Shown: one piece after another, positions 24,963-38,649 of the stretch
How the letters are laid out: each line of letters begins with the position of its first letter
How positions within the stretch are numbered: the first letter of the stretch is position 1
Origin: Mobula hypostoma
Lineage: Eukaryota
Length of the DNA: 64,000 nt
Assembly (NCBI RefSeq): GCF_963921235.1
Contig: NC_086118.1
Span: forward strand, 23,004,001 to 23,068,000
Reading direction: 5' to 3'
The notes under the pieces: model-generated
Databases searched by the model: none
Told to the model about the DNA's origin: nothing
What the model saw: only the letters and a program-made list of their open reading frames with translations
Program-made: the position numbers and the translations under genes

Positions 24963-25639
24963 AAGCCATAAACAATTCAAATGACCCTACTCACTAGCAC
25001 TGTGAGCACCTTCACCAGACAAACCTTAGCAGTTCAAGAAAGCAGATCATCACAACCTTCTCGAGGACAATTGGAGATGGACAATAATTGTTGACCTAGG
25101 AGATAACACACTGATCCTAAGAAATGATTAATTAAAGCAACTACTAACTCTCCAGCTCTTCACTGTGAAATTCCTTACCATCTCCTTACTTTGTGATTAA
25201 TTAGGTGAATGGCTCATGATCAGAAAGAGTGAGAGGTAGAATAATATGGCAAAGGGAGATGCTAAAATTAATTCTTTGATCCATTCCAAAGCCTCATGGA
25301 TATTTGTATTCGCCTGAAGTAAAGGGCCAAGCAATTATTGGCATCACGCTAGAAAGAACGCTGTCCTGATTTTCTGTCCAAGGATTCTGCCTGCCCAGGC
25401 ACAGGAGCTTAAACAACTGGAACTGTTGTTGCAGAGTGTTATTCTACAAGTTGGAGCATTGACCCAAAAAGTGCGTGGATCTCAGGCATTGTCAAAGGCT
25501 TTGAACCAAAGGCTTGTGTATTGAATCAAAAATGTTTTAATCAGCTCAGAAAAGCAAGACAATCATCATTCACTGGACTGGGATTAACAGGTACACAGGA
25601 GAAAGCTGCAGTTACTAAAGGTACTGTATTTATATATAC

Positions 25640-25910
25640 GATCGCTCTCACTGGAGGCTGGAACTACGCAGAGGTCTAAAAAGAGGAGAAGAGAAGCTGA
25701 GGCTTGCTGCTGAAGAAAAGCGCACTCGTCGAAAGAACAGCACCAAGACAACACTGGAGGACAGTGCCTTCAAGTGCAGTCACTGCAGGCGAGACTGTCA
25801 CTCCCATGTGGGACTCTACAGCCACAACAGACGCTGCTCTAACACAGACTGAAGCAAGACTTTTCAGTCACAGATCCATGGTCTCGCGAGACTAACGGAT
25901 GCCACCACCA
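25640..25910 (+). mobile_element. RTE-clade LINE 3' end
   Basis: Encodes DRSHWR...AFKCSHCRRDCHSHVGLYSHNRRC* (C-terminal Zn finger); TSD tatatatac at 25631-25639 and 25911-25919. Confidence 0.85.
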
Positions 25911-26044
25911 TATATATACATCAAGATAGAAAAGTCGTTGTTTTTGTCTCGTTAAGTTCTTGGAAGAATAAAACTGTGTTTGGCATTGTTGGGATGTTGA
26001 AGGCTCTCTGCATCTTCTTGAAGAAAATCTTCTGAGATCCATAG

Positions 26045-26712
26045 ATCAATATATACTTTATTGATCCAAAAGGAATTATCGTGTCGCAGTAGCCTTACAA
26101 GTTCACAGTGGTACAATATTAGAAGAGAAGTAAGAAGAATAAATAAAAACTGTTACCTTTAATGGTCTAACGGGAGGGGGTAATCACGTCCCGACTTTAG
26201 ATTGTCTCTTTATAGAGTCTAATGGCCGAGGGTAAGAATGATCTCATATAGCACTCTTTGGAGCACTGTAGTTGTATAAGTCTATTACTAAAATTGCCCC
26301 TCTGTTCAGCCAAGGTGGCATGCGGGGAGTGAGAAGCATTGTCCAGAACTGCCAGGACATTCTGTAGGGTCCTTTGTTCTAGCACAGCCTCCAGTGTGTC
26401 CAGTTTGACTTCTATAACAGAGCAAGCCTTTCTAATCAGTTTATTGAGTCTGTTGGCATCACCCACGTTGAAGCCATTGCCCCAGCACACCACCACATAG
26501 AAGATTGTACTGGTAGAACATGTAAAGGAGAAGCCTGCATATTCCAAAGGACCTCAGTCTCCTCAAAATGTAGAGACTACTCTGGCCCTTCTTGTACACA
26601 GCCTCTGTGTCAATGCTCCCCTCAAGTCTGTCATCCAGGTGCGCCCTTAGCACTCGTAGTTCCTCACCACATCCACATCCTCAACATCAATGGTAACAGG
26701 CAACAGTACAGG
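26045..26712 (-). mobile_element. Rex1/Babar LINE 3' fragment (second subfamily)
   Basis: EAVYKKGQSSLYILRRLRSFG, VVCWG, RSFLPSAIRLY. Confidence 0.85.
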
Positions 26713-26784
26713 AATGTTGGATATGGTGGATATTTGGCAGTCAATGTAAAAGTTACCACTGCTTTCCTGCATTCCTTAGTCAGT

Positions 26785-27975
26785 CTGGATTGGCCACAGC
26801 ATCTCCTCCACAATCTCCATCAGCAATGGGGCACCACAAGGCTGTGTGCTTAGCCCCCTGCTCTATTCACTTTACACTTGTGACTGTGTGGCTGAGCACA
26901 GTTCCAATGCCATGTTCAGCTTTGTTGATGACCTCATTGTCATAGGCTGAATCAAAGGTGATGATGAATCATTATATAGGGGAGAGATTAAAAATCTGGC
27001 TGAGTGACACCAAAACGACAACCTTTCACTCAAAGTCGGCAAGACCAAGGAGCTGATTATTCACTGCAGGAGAAGAAAACCAGATGTCTATGAGCCAGTC
27101 CTCATCAGAGGATGAGAAGTGGAGAGAGTTAGCAACTTTAATTTCCTTGGTGTTATTATTTTGGAGGATCTGTCCTCAGCCCAACACGTAAGTACAGTTA
27201 CGAAGAAAGCATGGCACTGTCTCTACTTTCTTAGGAGTATGTGGAGATTTGGTATGACATCTAAAACTTCAAAAACTCCTAAAGAGTGTTGTGGAGAGTA
27301 TATTGACTAGCGTCATCACAGCCTGCTATGGAATCACCAGGCCCTTCTACAGAATATCCTTCAGTAATATTGACTGGCTGCATCACGGCATGGTATGGAA
27401 ACACCAATGCCGTTGAACAGAAAGTCCTACAAAAGGTCATGGATTCAGTCCAGTACATCATGGATAAAACCCTCCCAACCATTGAGCACTTCTACTTGAA
27501 ACACTGTCGCAGGAAAGCAACATCCACCATCAGGAACTGCCACCACCCAGGGCATGCTCTCTTCTCACTGCTGCCGTCAGGAAGATACAGGAGCCGCAGG
27601 ACTCACCCCACCCGATTCAGGGACAGTTATTACCCGTCAACCATCAGGCTCTTGAACCAAATGGGATAATCTTATTCAACTTCACTTGCCACATTTTTGA
27701 AATGTTCCCACAACCAATAGGCTCACATCCAAGGACTCGTCATCTCATGTTCTCTTTATTCATTGCTTATTTATTTATTTATTATTATTTCTTCTTCTTG
27801 TATTTGCACAGTTTGTTCTCTTCTGCACTCTAGTTGAATGCCTAAGTTGTGTGGTCTTTTTTTGATTCTGTTATGGTTACTGTTCTATAGATTTATTGGG
27901 TATGCCTATAAGAAAATGAATCTCAGGGTTGTACATGGTGATGTATTTGTACTTTGATAATAAATTTACTTTAAT
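26785..27975 (+). mobile_element. Rex1/Babar LINE 3' fragment
   Basis: GAPQGCVLSPLL, ERVSNFNFLGV, ILTGCITAWYG, HPGHALFSLLPSGR. Confidence 0.88.
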
Positions 27976-29719
27976 GTCTTGAACTTAGAGGTTGCACTAA
28001 ACTGCATAGGGCAGGCTGCCTGTAGGTTGGTGGACAGGGCTGAATGTTTTGTTTTGTAACTGCACAAAGAATTTGAAAAGATAAACACAGGGATAAACAA
28101 TCTACTTTGTTTCACTTTAGTGAGGCATTCATATGAGACGTGGTGGTGTAATGAATGTTATATGCCATTCACATATAACCCGTAATGAATTAAGTAATCA
28201 AACAAAGAATGCTTGATCAAACAATACTTTGACAATATTACTCAAATATTACTGAAATATTAAATACTCAGCACTGAAGATTCTGTAAATTTCCGAGGAT
28301 GACAAGAATGACATCTGGCAGTACTCTCATTGGCACAGCGTCCTATCAGCTGCACATCCAGATCAAACTAAACATCACTATAACAACAATAATATTTCTA
28401 ATGTATTATGCCGTAAGAAATTGAAGTCTTACAAATTGTCTGAGCCATTTTCCTGGCATTAAACTGGTGTTGTTAATTTCTCTATCACTGTTTCAGAAAG
28501 TCTAAAAGGTTCATCGGTTTCAATTTCAAAAGAGTACTATTAGCCTCCATCAGTCTAACCATATACGCAGAAGGAGTTAAGGGTTGCATTTCCCGATAGT
28601 AGCAGCTTTCTGCACACATCTGATTCAGGAAGTAGCTGTTGACAGTGGGAGAATTGGGAGGATGGGGTGGGTGGAGAAGAGAGGGGGAGAGGGAGATGAG
28701 GTGTGTCACATCATAACCACACTCCTTAACTTACTGCTTATTGTGGGCAAGGAATGGCTGCAAGTCACCGTGACGGAAATGGTGTATCAGAGTCCTCATT
28801 GAGGCCTGAGGAATCCTCACGTGCTTCTCAAGAACAACATGCAGGAGAGGGCGTCTCTTGGAGCAAAGATCACCCCTAACAGAAAGTTAACACAGAGATG
28901 TAAGTAAGGAAATGAGTGTCCTCAATGGATGCTTTGAGTTTTGCGAACACTTAACTTCACCGCAGCTTACAGTCCCTTCCTCACATGAAAGCGAAAGCTG
29001 CATTTTAACGAAAATTGAAGATTGCCCTGAGTATAGGCAGATCTATTTCTACAATACAGCAGTGTTAAATGTGACATGCATCAACAGAGACTGACCGCAA
29101 GGTTACCAACGTGAGTTTTCTGTGAATGAATATAATCTTGACTGTTCTTTTTAGAGGACAGAGAAGAACTGGACGCCAGGACTCTGTTCCAGAGCTTGGA
29201 GACTAGGTGGCTACCTGAGAAGTTGGTATTGGTGGAAAGAAAAGGGGAGGGGGCAATATGCAGACTGGGGACACGGCAAGGCTCAAGTATGTGTTTAGAG
29301 ATCAGGGTCTACAGACGAAGAGAGTTGTTTTAGTGTGGGAGTGAGGGCTGAATTACAGGTGTTCCCTGGGGTAACATGTCCCTGTGTTGTTCCAGGATGA
29401 TGTTGCAGAAGTAGTAGCTGCCTGCAATGTGCCTCTGGTACAGAAGTTGTGCTGCAGAGACTGGGGTGCCCCATGACAGGACTGTCCAGTAAAGTTGCCT
29501 AAGAGTTGGAAAGTGAACTGGAATTAACTATTGCTATGTCTCATACCAAACAAAATAAGTTGCAAAATCCTGATAAATAGTGTTAAGGAATTGAATTTCT
29601 AGACGGTAATAAAACAGCACGCAAAAACTGGAATTATACGACAGCATTCATTAAAAATAAACATACCACATGTCGTGGTCAGTAAATATCAGAAAATAAT
29701 AATAATAATCAACACTAGC

Positions 29720-30200
29720 AGACCTCAGGGATATGTGCTCTACTTTTTCTAAACCCATGACTGTGTGGCTAGGCACTGCTCAAATGCCATCTATAATAGC
29801 TCAAATGATCCAAACATTGTTGGCAGAATCTCAGATGGTGATGAGAGGGCATATAGGAATGAGATATACCAGCCAGTTGACTGTGTGTTAACATCTCTGA
29901 GGACCTAACCTGGCCCCCAACATATCAATGAAGCTATAAATAAAGCAAGACAGTAGCTATATTTCATTAGGAGTTTGAGGAGGTTTGGTATGTCGCCTGA
30001 AATACTTGAAAATTTCTACAGATGTACCATGGAGAGTATTCTGAGTGGCTGGGGAGGGGGGGTCAACTGCACAGGATTGAAGTGAGCTGCAGAGGGTTGT
30101 AAATTTATCCATCTCCATCATGGACACTAGCCTCTGTAGTATCCAAGACACCTTCTAGGAGTGGTGCTTCAAAATGTGGCATCCATCATTAATGACCCTT
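29720..30200 (+). mobile_element. Rex1/Babar LINE fragment
   Basis: Homologous to the other Rex1 copies (gatggtgatgagagggcatatagg; ttcattaggagtttgaggaggtttgg). Confidence 0.75.
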
Positions 30201-31108
30201 ATTAATATTAAACCTTATTCTGATTCTAACCAACTGTGGAACAAGTGTTTTGATGTGATATGGTTTGTTTCAGGCAAAGGCTGTGGATGCCTTTCTGGAG
30301 TCATGGATGAAATACAGGCCTGCTAATTAAAATATGGAAACAAATTAATACCATTAAAATGGGTTGAACAGTAATAAATGGTTTGAGAGGACTTAGTGCT
30401 ATATAAAGCAGAATGAGTGTGGAATGTTCCACTTGCATTGGCATCATTGATTGATTAACTTTGGTGAAAGAAAAGGAATGTCCAGTATACTACTATGAAT
30501 GTTGTCAACTGCTGTATGGTGTTTGTGTCAAGTAACTCCTGATGCTCTTCAGAGACGGCATCAAGTTTAATATCAGGACTTAGTACTCAAATACAGAACT
30601 CAAGGTGTTGTATCTCAATCCGTGGAGTATGAGAAATAAAGTGGATGATCTTGTTGCACTATTACAGATTGCCAGGTATGATGTTGTGGCCATCACTGAA
30701 TCGTGGCTGAAGGATGGTTGTAGGTGGGAGCTGAATGTCCAAGGTTACACGTTGTATAGGAGGGATAGGAAGGTAGGCAGAGGGGGAGGCTTGGCTCTGC
30801 TGGTAAAGAATGGCATCAAATCAGCAGAAATATGTGACATAGGATCGGAAGATTTTGAATTCTTGTGGGTTCAGTTAAGCAACTGATGGCAGTTATATAC
30901 CCGCCTCCCAACAGTGGCTGGGAGATGGACCACAGATTACAACAGGAAATAGAAAAGGCGTGTCAAAAGGACAATGTTATGATGGTCATGGGAGATTTTA
31001 ACATGCAGGTTGATTGGGAAAATCAGGTTGGAAATGGATCTCAAGAGAGTGAGTTTGTTGAATGCTTAAGAGATGGCTTTTTAGAGCAGTTTGTCATTGA
31101 GCCTACTA

Positions 31109-31421
31109 AATAAAGCCATCCGTTAGTCTTGCGAGACCATGGATCTGCGCCTGGAAAGTCTTCACTCTTCAGGGCGCAGGCCTGGGCAAGGTTGTATGGA
31201 AGACCAGCAGTTGCCCATGCTGCAAGTCTCCCCTCTCCACAACACCAATGTTGTCCAAGGGAAGGGCATAGGACCCATACAGCTTGGCACCAGTGTCGTC
31301 ACAGAGCACTGTGTGATTAAGTGCCTTGCTCAAGGACACAACACGTTGCCTCGGCTGGGACTCAAACTCACGACCATCAGGTTGCTAGTCCAATGCCTTA
31401 GCCACTTGGCCACGTGCCTAC
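31109..31421 (-). mobile_element. tRNA-derived SINE with an RTE-type 3' tail
   Basis: Box A TGGCCAAGTGG, box B GTTTGAGTCC, central gtgtccttgagcaaggcacttaa; TSD tga(g/a)cctacta at 31098-31108 and 31422-31432. Confidence 0.88.
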
Positions 31422-32162
31422 TGAACCTACTAGGGGATCAGCTATACTGGATTGGGTGCTACGTAATTAACCGGAGGCAATTCGGGAGCTTAAGGTAAAA
31501 GAACCCTTAGGAATCAGCGATCACAATATGATTGAGTTCAATTTGAAATTTGATAGGGAGAAAGTAAAGTCTGATGTAGCAGTATTTCAGTGGAGTAAGG
31601 GAAATTAGTGGTATGAGAGAGGAGTTGGTCGAAGTAAATTGGAAGGAGCTGCTGGCAAGGATGTCAGCAGAGCAGCAATGGCGTGCTTTTCTGGGAAAAA
31701 TGAGAAAGGTGCAGGATATGTGTATTCCAAAAATGAAGAAATACTCAAATGGCAACATAGTACAATCATGGTTGACAAAGGAAGTTAAAGCTAATGTAAA
31801 AACAAAAGATAAGGCATACAACAAAGCAAAAGTTAGTGGGAAGGTAGAGAATTGGGAAGTTTTTAAAAACCTACAGAGAGCAACTAAAAGAATCGTTGGA
31901 AGGGAAAAGATGAAATATGAAAGCAAGCTAGTAAATAATATCAAAGTGGATAGTGAAAGCTTTTTCAAGTATGTAAAAAACAAAAGAGAGATGAGAATGG
32001 ATACAGGACCACTAGAAAATGAGGCTGGAGAAATAATAATGGGAGACAAGGAGATGGCTGATGAAGAAAATGAATATTTTGCATCTGCCTTCACTGTGGA
32101 AGACATTGGCAGTGTGCCAGGTGTTGATGGGTGTGAGGGAAGAGAAATGAGTGCAGTTACTA

Positions 32163-32630
32163 TTTTCGACACCTCCCTCCCCTTTCTAGATCTTTCTGTC
32201 TCTATCTCTGGAGATAGCTTATCTACTGATGTCAACTATAAACCTATTGACTCTCTCAGCTTTCTGGACTATTCCTCTTCTCACCCTGTCTCTTGCAAAA
32301 ATGCCATCCCCTTCTCGCAATTCCTCCATCTCCGCCGCATCTGCTCTCAGGATGAGGCTTTTCATTCCAGGACGAGGGAGATGTCCTCCTTTTTTAAAGA
32401 AAGGGGCTTTCCTTCCTCCACCATCAACTCTGCTCTCAAACGCATCTCCCCCATTTCACGCACATCTGCTCTCACTTCATCCTCCCGCCACCCCACTAGG
32501 GATAGGGTTCCCCTTGTCCTCACCTACGGCCCCCAGCCTCCGGGTCCAACATATAATTCTCCGTAACTTCTGCCACCTCCAACGGGATCCCACCACTAAG
32601 CACATCTTTCCCTCCCCCCCCTCTCTGCAT
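32163..32630 (+). mobile_element. Penelope-like element fragment (RT thumb region)
   Basis: SLPFLDLSVSISG..STDVNYKP...LDYSSSHP..CKNAIPFSQF.LRRICS...FKERGFP; overlaps in sequence with 59844-59950. Confidence 0.9.
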
Positions 32631-32634
32631 TCCA

Positions 32635-32815
32635 TGTCCATCAAACTTCAAACAGTTCAGGTTCAAAGCAAATGATCTGTCAATATCTGAATTGTGTTTC
32701 TTTCTCGTTAAGCTCTCTTTTCTCTCTTATTAGCATTTTGAATGTTTCTCCATTGTATTCCGTTATCTCTCTCATTAGCATCATCCGTCTGGTAGCTCTG
32801 CTTGGCGTCACACAT
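32635..32815 (-). mobile_element. LTR fragment related to the solo LTR at 62348-63245
   Basis: tgtccatcaaacttcaaacagttcaggttcaaag matches ~63027-63059; ends cgtcaca as that LTR does. Confidence 0.65.
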
Positions 32816-33248
32816 GACAGGACCACTTCTTTTTATGCTGTATATAAATAATTTAGATGATGAAATAGATGTATTTGTTGCCAAGTTTGCAGATGATACG
32901 AAGATTGGTGGAGGGGCAGGTAGTGTTGAGGAAACAGGCCGGATGCAAAAGGACTTAGACAGATTAGGAGAATGAGCAAGAAAGTGGCAAATGAAATATA
33001 ATGTTAGAAAATGGTAATAGAAATAAATGTGCAGACTATTTTCTAAAAGGGGAGAAAATCCAAAAATCTGAGATGCAAAGGGTCTTGGGAGTCCTTGTGC
33101 CCAACGCCCTAAAGGCTAACTTGCAGGTTGAGTCAGTGGTGAGGAAGGCAAATGCAATGTTAGCATTCATTTCAAGAGGTCTAGAATACAAGAGCAAGAA
33201 TGTGATGCTGAGGCTTTATAAGGCACTGGTGAGGCCTCACCTTGAATA

Positions 33249-33378
33249 CTACGCAAACACGAGGAAATCTGCAGACGCTGGAATTTCAAGTAACACACAA
33301 AAAAGTTGCCGGTGAACGCAGCAGGCCAGGCAGCATCTCTAGGAAGAGGTACAGTCGACATTTCGGGCCGAGACCCTT
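33249..33378 (-). mobile_element. Short Penelope 3'-tail insertion within the CR1 ORF2
   Basis: Splits the CR1 HLEY|CEQF codons; reverse complement starts AAGGGTCTCGGCCCGAAATGTCGACTG (3' half of the hammerhead motif). Confidence 0.85.
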
Positions 33379-36300
33379 TTGTGAGCAGTTTTGGGCACCT
33401 CATCTTAGAAGAGATGTGCTAGCATTGGAAAGGGTCCAGAGGAGGTTCACAAGGATGATTCCAGGAATTAAAGGGTTATCATACAAGGAACGTTTGATAG
33501 CTCTGGGTCTGTACTCGCTGGAAGTACAGAAGGTTGAGGCGGGATCTCATTGAAACCTTTCAAATGTTGAAAGACCCAGACAGAGTAGATGTGGAAAGGA
33601 TGTTTCCCATGGTGGGAGAATCCAGGACAAGAGGGCACAGCCTCAGGATGGAGGGGTGTCCATTTAAAACAGATGAGAAATTTCTTTAGCCAAAAGGTAG
33701 TGAATTTGTGGAATTTGTTGCCACGAGCAGCTGTGGAGGCCAGGTCGTTGGGTGTACTTAAGGCAAAGATTGATAGGTTCTTGATTGGACATGGCATCAA
33801 AGGTTACGGGGTGAAGGCCAGGAAATGGGGTTGAAGAGGAGGGAAAAAGGATCAGCCATGATTGAATGGCGAAGCAGACTCGATGGGCCAAATGGCCTAG
33901 TTCTGCTCCAATGTCTTATGATCTTATATTACTCTGTAAAGAGCCAGATAAAAATGGTGACATAAGGTGGTTAATGACACCAGCCTAAAATGTTAGTGTT
34001 TCTAGTAAGTTTCTCTTTGAGTTCCCATCAAGAAAATATATTTAAGCGAGCAGATGACTGCTTACTGAATATTTTGTTTTGATATTATCCTCAGTGATGT
34101 CCTCTGAAGGATGGCTAAAACATATCATAAAAACTTGGGGAAAAGGAAAGTAAGAAATTATAGGAACAGATTAAGTCAGTCATGTACAGTAGATATAGAC
34201 ACTCCAGGAAGCTTATTGTTATATTTCACGTTGAGTCACATCAGTAATTTGGAATCAGATTTCATTACAGCCCAGTCAAATAAAATAAATACATGAAGCA
34301 TTAGGATAGGAAATACTAAAGCATTTTGAGAGAGGGACATTTTGATGCGTAAATCTTTGCAGAAGTAAAAACACTCTAAGTAGTTAATCTGCATTACCAT
34401 TAAAGCATTCATCAATATTTCAGCTGGATAATAAATGGAAGCCCTGTGTGACAGGTAGACATGCTTCGACTGTAAAGCTTCATTCACACAGCATGTTGAC
34501 TGCTCCTGAGTTCTAATGGTGTATAATGGGATAGAAGTAATTAACTGAGGCTTTGAAGTGTTGTAGTATACATTTTCGTTCTTCAGTTTTGTGTGATCAA
34601 TGGTACAGCTCACCTTTTAATGTTGCTCTGCTTGAGAAGCTGGAGCATTAGGTTTCATTCCTGTCCCTTGTAAATTTGCTCTCTGAAGAAAGGTACTTTC
34701 AAATAAGGTTAGTTTCTGCACAATCCTGCCTTGTTATCCATCTTTATAGCACCGTGAACATAAAATCTGGGACTGAGACCATTACCATATCAATAATGTG
34801 TCCTTTTCCAAACTTACCCATTGGTACAATTTTCGAAGTTCCCAATGCTGGTGAAAAATACCCTTTGAGGTGGATAAGCAACAGCCAATCGCAGGAAAAC
34901 AAGTAGCGACACTGTGCTCGGTAAACTATCAGAACTTGTTTTCTCTAAAGGCTCATGTTTGTATTGTGAACATGAAAACCCTACACACTCTTAGTTATGC
35001 TTTGTTATGGAAAATTCAGAAAAAAGATTATCATGGCTGTTGTAAATATTCTCAATCCATTATTAGTATATAACTTATTGAGCTGTAAGATTTAGATTAT
35101 AGAGCTGTAACAATGATGGGTTTCAGTGCTCAATTTATTTATAGTATAAACATTACATACTCTCTATGTAATATATTTGCTATCACTGCACAGCACATAT
35201 AGAATATACATTAGTGTAAGGGAGAACTAAAATGCTGCCAGTGATCTGACATTCAAGCATTTGAGGATGACATAGCTTTCATTGCTCTGATTAGCAATAA
35301 TAAATGCACCAGATGATTAATTACATCATTGACACAAAATACTTATAAACTTCCCAATGTTTTGTCTATTAATCAGTTGAAATTTCTGTTATATTGCTCA
35401 TTTTGTGAATCCACTAGTAAAAAAAATATTTTTTTTGCTTTCTGGCTCGATCAATTGAACCATCTATGTTTTTATAGTTTAATAAACAGAAAGTAGTTTT
35501 GATTAATGCCATCTCCCATGGGATTAAATGTGAGTAGGATTAAATGGTAAATTAAAATTAGGGCTTCATGTGCTGCATGAGAATATCAAACAGAATTTGC
35601 TGCAGTTTTCCTTTTATTCCTTAGTGCCACTTCCACCTGGAATATATTCATGATGTCCTCCTTTCTAATCACTTTTCACTCATATTTGAGATCGCGGAAT
35701 CTTAAAATTGTGAAGCCAACTTGTACATTTGGAGAAGAAAATATGCCAATGAGTATAATAACTTGTTTTTTTTTTAAATGATTTACAACAAAGCCTGTGC
35801 CTCAAAAAAGATTCTGGTTCAGTTTCAATAAATTGGTAGCACTGTGGAAATAATCCATTATCTTGATCAAGATTAATGTTCCTTTAAAAGTTCAGGTGAT
35901 CAAGAAGCAGATAGGTGTTCCAAAGATTCTTTTTGCTCAGTGTAGAATTGAGTGAATTACATTGCAGAATATCTTTAATATTCTCTCTATCTTCAGGTTG
36001 GAGATTAGCTTTGATATATTGTGCATAATGACTGAATTTATCTGCCTCTACATTCTCTGAACGAATCTTCATTTTATTTGCATGTAGTGTATATACAAAC
36101 TGCTCCATCTTAAGAACTTGAATAATCAAGCACAGTTCTAAATCGTTAGTGTGAAGTTCATCAATCATGCTTGCTTCATTGTGATTTGTGATAAAGATAA
36201 ATAGCAACGTGTTCATATAAAAAGCAAATATGCAGGCATAGAAGGTGCTGTTCTAAGAATATGAATCAGCTCTTTAATAGCCACCTACTATAAAATATTC

Positions 36301-37147
36301 TGAGCCACATAATACATGCAGTTACACAATTATTAATGAATGTTTTTGTTGTAAATGATTATTATCTTAATCACAATGTAACATATTTAAGTTGGTTAAT
36401 TAAAATGGATTAATCATATGCAAGAGCTCTTGTGACATAGTATTTTGTGTGATGTACTATAATGGATCTTAACTTGTCAGTAGTTAGTTACCCACTCTGG
36501 GCACTGGACAGGTTGAAAAAGAACAGACCACTTGATTGTGAATCCCACTCCAAAACGGTGAGGGCATTGCATAATGTAATGGCGTTACAAGGGTGATCCA
36601 AAATAACGGACGCCCACGAATCAGCTAAATAAAACTGACAGCTGATATAGCTGCACCCCAGTCTTTGGAAGCAGAAGAGACTGCAGATGCTGGAATCTGG
36701 AGCAGTTTTCAACCTGCTGATGGAATAAAGCAGGCCAAGCAATATCTATGGTGGAGTGGGGGCGGGAGTGGGGGAGCCGGGGTTTGTCAATATTTTGAGT
36801 CAAAACCCTGCATCATGTGTATCTCAGTCTTTGATTTTTGGCAAAAATATTAAGGACTTTGAATGTGTTTTTAATGCTCTTGGCATTCAGAAGCATTGAA
36901 AACTATTATAACATGCTACAGTTAAAAATACAATCCACTTTTTTAAAAAGGTTATAAAATATTAAATTACTTTAAAATACATAGAACCTTGTAAACATAA
37001 TTTAAATAATTGCATCAAAAATTATTCTTAAAAAAACTAATTACCCTTCTTCCTTGCCATTGCAGTCAAAGGAGTTGCTGTTTTTATGCCAAGTTAGAAA
37101 AGGTTCCTTAGAAAGATTTCCCAGCAAAACCGCATTCATCACCGTTA

Positions 37148-38590
37148 GATGTCCTCAACCTGAGCCTGAGGCTCTGAAGGGTTCCTGTGCTGTGGAAGAC
37201 ATCCTGCCTCGTCCCTGTGCCGAAGATGCCGCGCCCCAGTGGCCTCAATGACTACAGACCTGTGGTATTGACCTCCCACATCATGAAGACCCTGGAGAGT
37301 CTTGTTCTGGAGCTGCTCCGGCCTATGGTTAGGCCACACTTAGACCTCCTCCAGTTCGCCTACCAGCCCCGACTAGGAGTTGAGGATGCTATCGTCTACC
37401 TGCTGAACCATGTCTACATCCACCTGGACAAGCCAGCGAGCACTCTGAGGGTCATGTTTTTTGACTTCTCCAGTGTGTTCAACACCATCCGCCCTGCTCT
37501 GCGAGGGAGAAGCTGACAGCGATGCAGGTGGATGCTTCCCTGGTGTCATGGATCATTGATTACCTGACTGGCAGACCACAATATGTGTGCTTGTAATACT
37601 GTGTGCCAGACAGAGTGGTCAGCAGCACTGGGGCTCCACAGGGGACTGTCTTGTCTCCCTTTCCCTTCACCATCTACACCTCGGACTTCAGCTACTGCAG
37701 AGAGTCTTGCCATCTTCAAAAATTTTCTGATGACTCTGCCATAGTTGGATGCATCAGCAGGGGAGATGAGGTTGAGTACAGGGCTACGGTGGGAAACTTT
37801 GTCACATGGTGTGAGCAGAATTATCTGCAGCTTAATGTGAAAAAGTCTAAGGAGCTGGTGGTGGACCTGTGGAGGACTAAGGCACCGGTGACCCCTGTTT
37901 CCATCCAGGGGATCAGTGTGGATATGGTGGAGGATTACAAATACCTGGGGATACGAATTGACAATAAACTGGACTGGTGAAAGAACACTGAGGCTGTCTA
38001 CAAGAAGGGTCTAGAGCCGTTTCTATTTCCTGAGGAGATTGAGGTCCTTTAACATCTGTCGGACGATGTTGAGGATGTTCTACAGGTCTGTGGTGGCCAG
38101 TGCTATCATGTCTGCTGTTGTGTGCTGGGGCAGCAGGCTGAGGGTAGCAGACACCAACAGAATCAACAAACTCATTCGTAAGGCCAGTGATGATGTGGGG
38201 ATGGAACTGGACTCTCTGACGGTGGTGTCTGAAAAGAGGATGCTGTCCAAGCTCCATGCCATCTTGGACAATGTCTCCCATCCATTACATAATGTACTGG
38301 TTGGGCACAGGAGTACATTCAGCCAGAGACTCATTCCACCGAGATGCAACATTGAGTGTCATAGGAAGTCATTCCTGCCTGTGGCCATCAAACTTTACAA
38401 CTGCTCCCTTGGAGGATCAGACACTGAGCCAATAGGCTGGTCCTGGATTTATTGCCATCTGGCATAATTTACACATTATTATTTAATTATTTATGGTTTT
38501 ATATTGCTATATTTATACTCTATTTTTGGTTGATGCAACTGTAACAAAACCCAATTTCACTCAGGATCAATAAAGTATGTCTACCTATCT
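37148..38590 (+). mobile_element. Rex1/Babar LINE, RT to 3' end, few lesions
   Basis: WKTSCLVPVPK, LNDYRPVVLTS, LQFAYQP, FFDFSSVFNTI, GAPQGTVLSP, KFSDD, YKYLG. Confidence 0.92.
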
Positions 38591-38649
38591 ATCTATGTTT
38601 TGACACTGGATTCCACAGGGCATCAGAATATCAGTAGAGACTCCACTCT

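Larger units (their letters stand above)
30600..33925 (+). mobile_element. CR1 LINE ORF2, decayed, hosting four nested pieces
   Basis: YDVVAITESWL, GGGLALLV, MGDFN, KFADDTKIGG, RLYKALVRPHLEY, FFSQKVVNLWN; CR1 tail near 33900. Confidence 0.9.

Noticed and set aside
28148..28270. Short AT-rich segment resembling an LTR end
   Set aside because: Too short and diverged to define termini or a TSD.
31340..31420. tRNA-like sequences (also ~51770-51842 and ~59320-59390)
   Set aside because: They are SINE heads with A/B boxes, attached to SINE bodies and flanked by TSDs; not tRNA genes.
35884..36216. 110-aa minus-strand ORF in unique sequence
   Set aside because: No recognisable homology and only weak splice signals.
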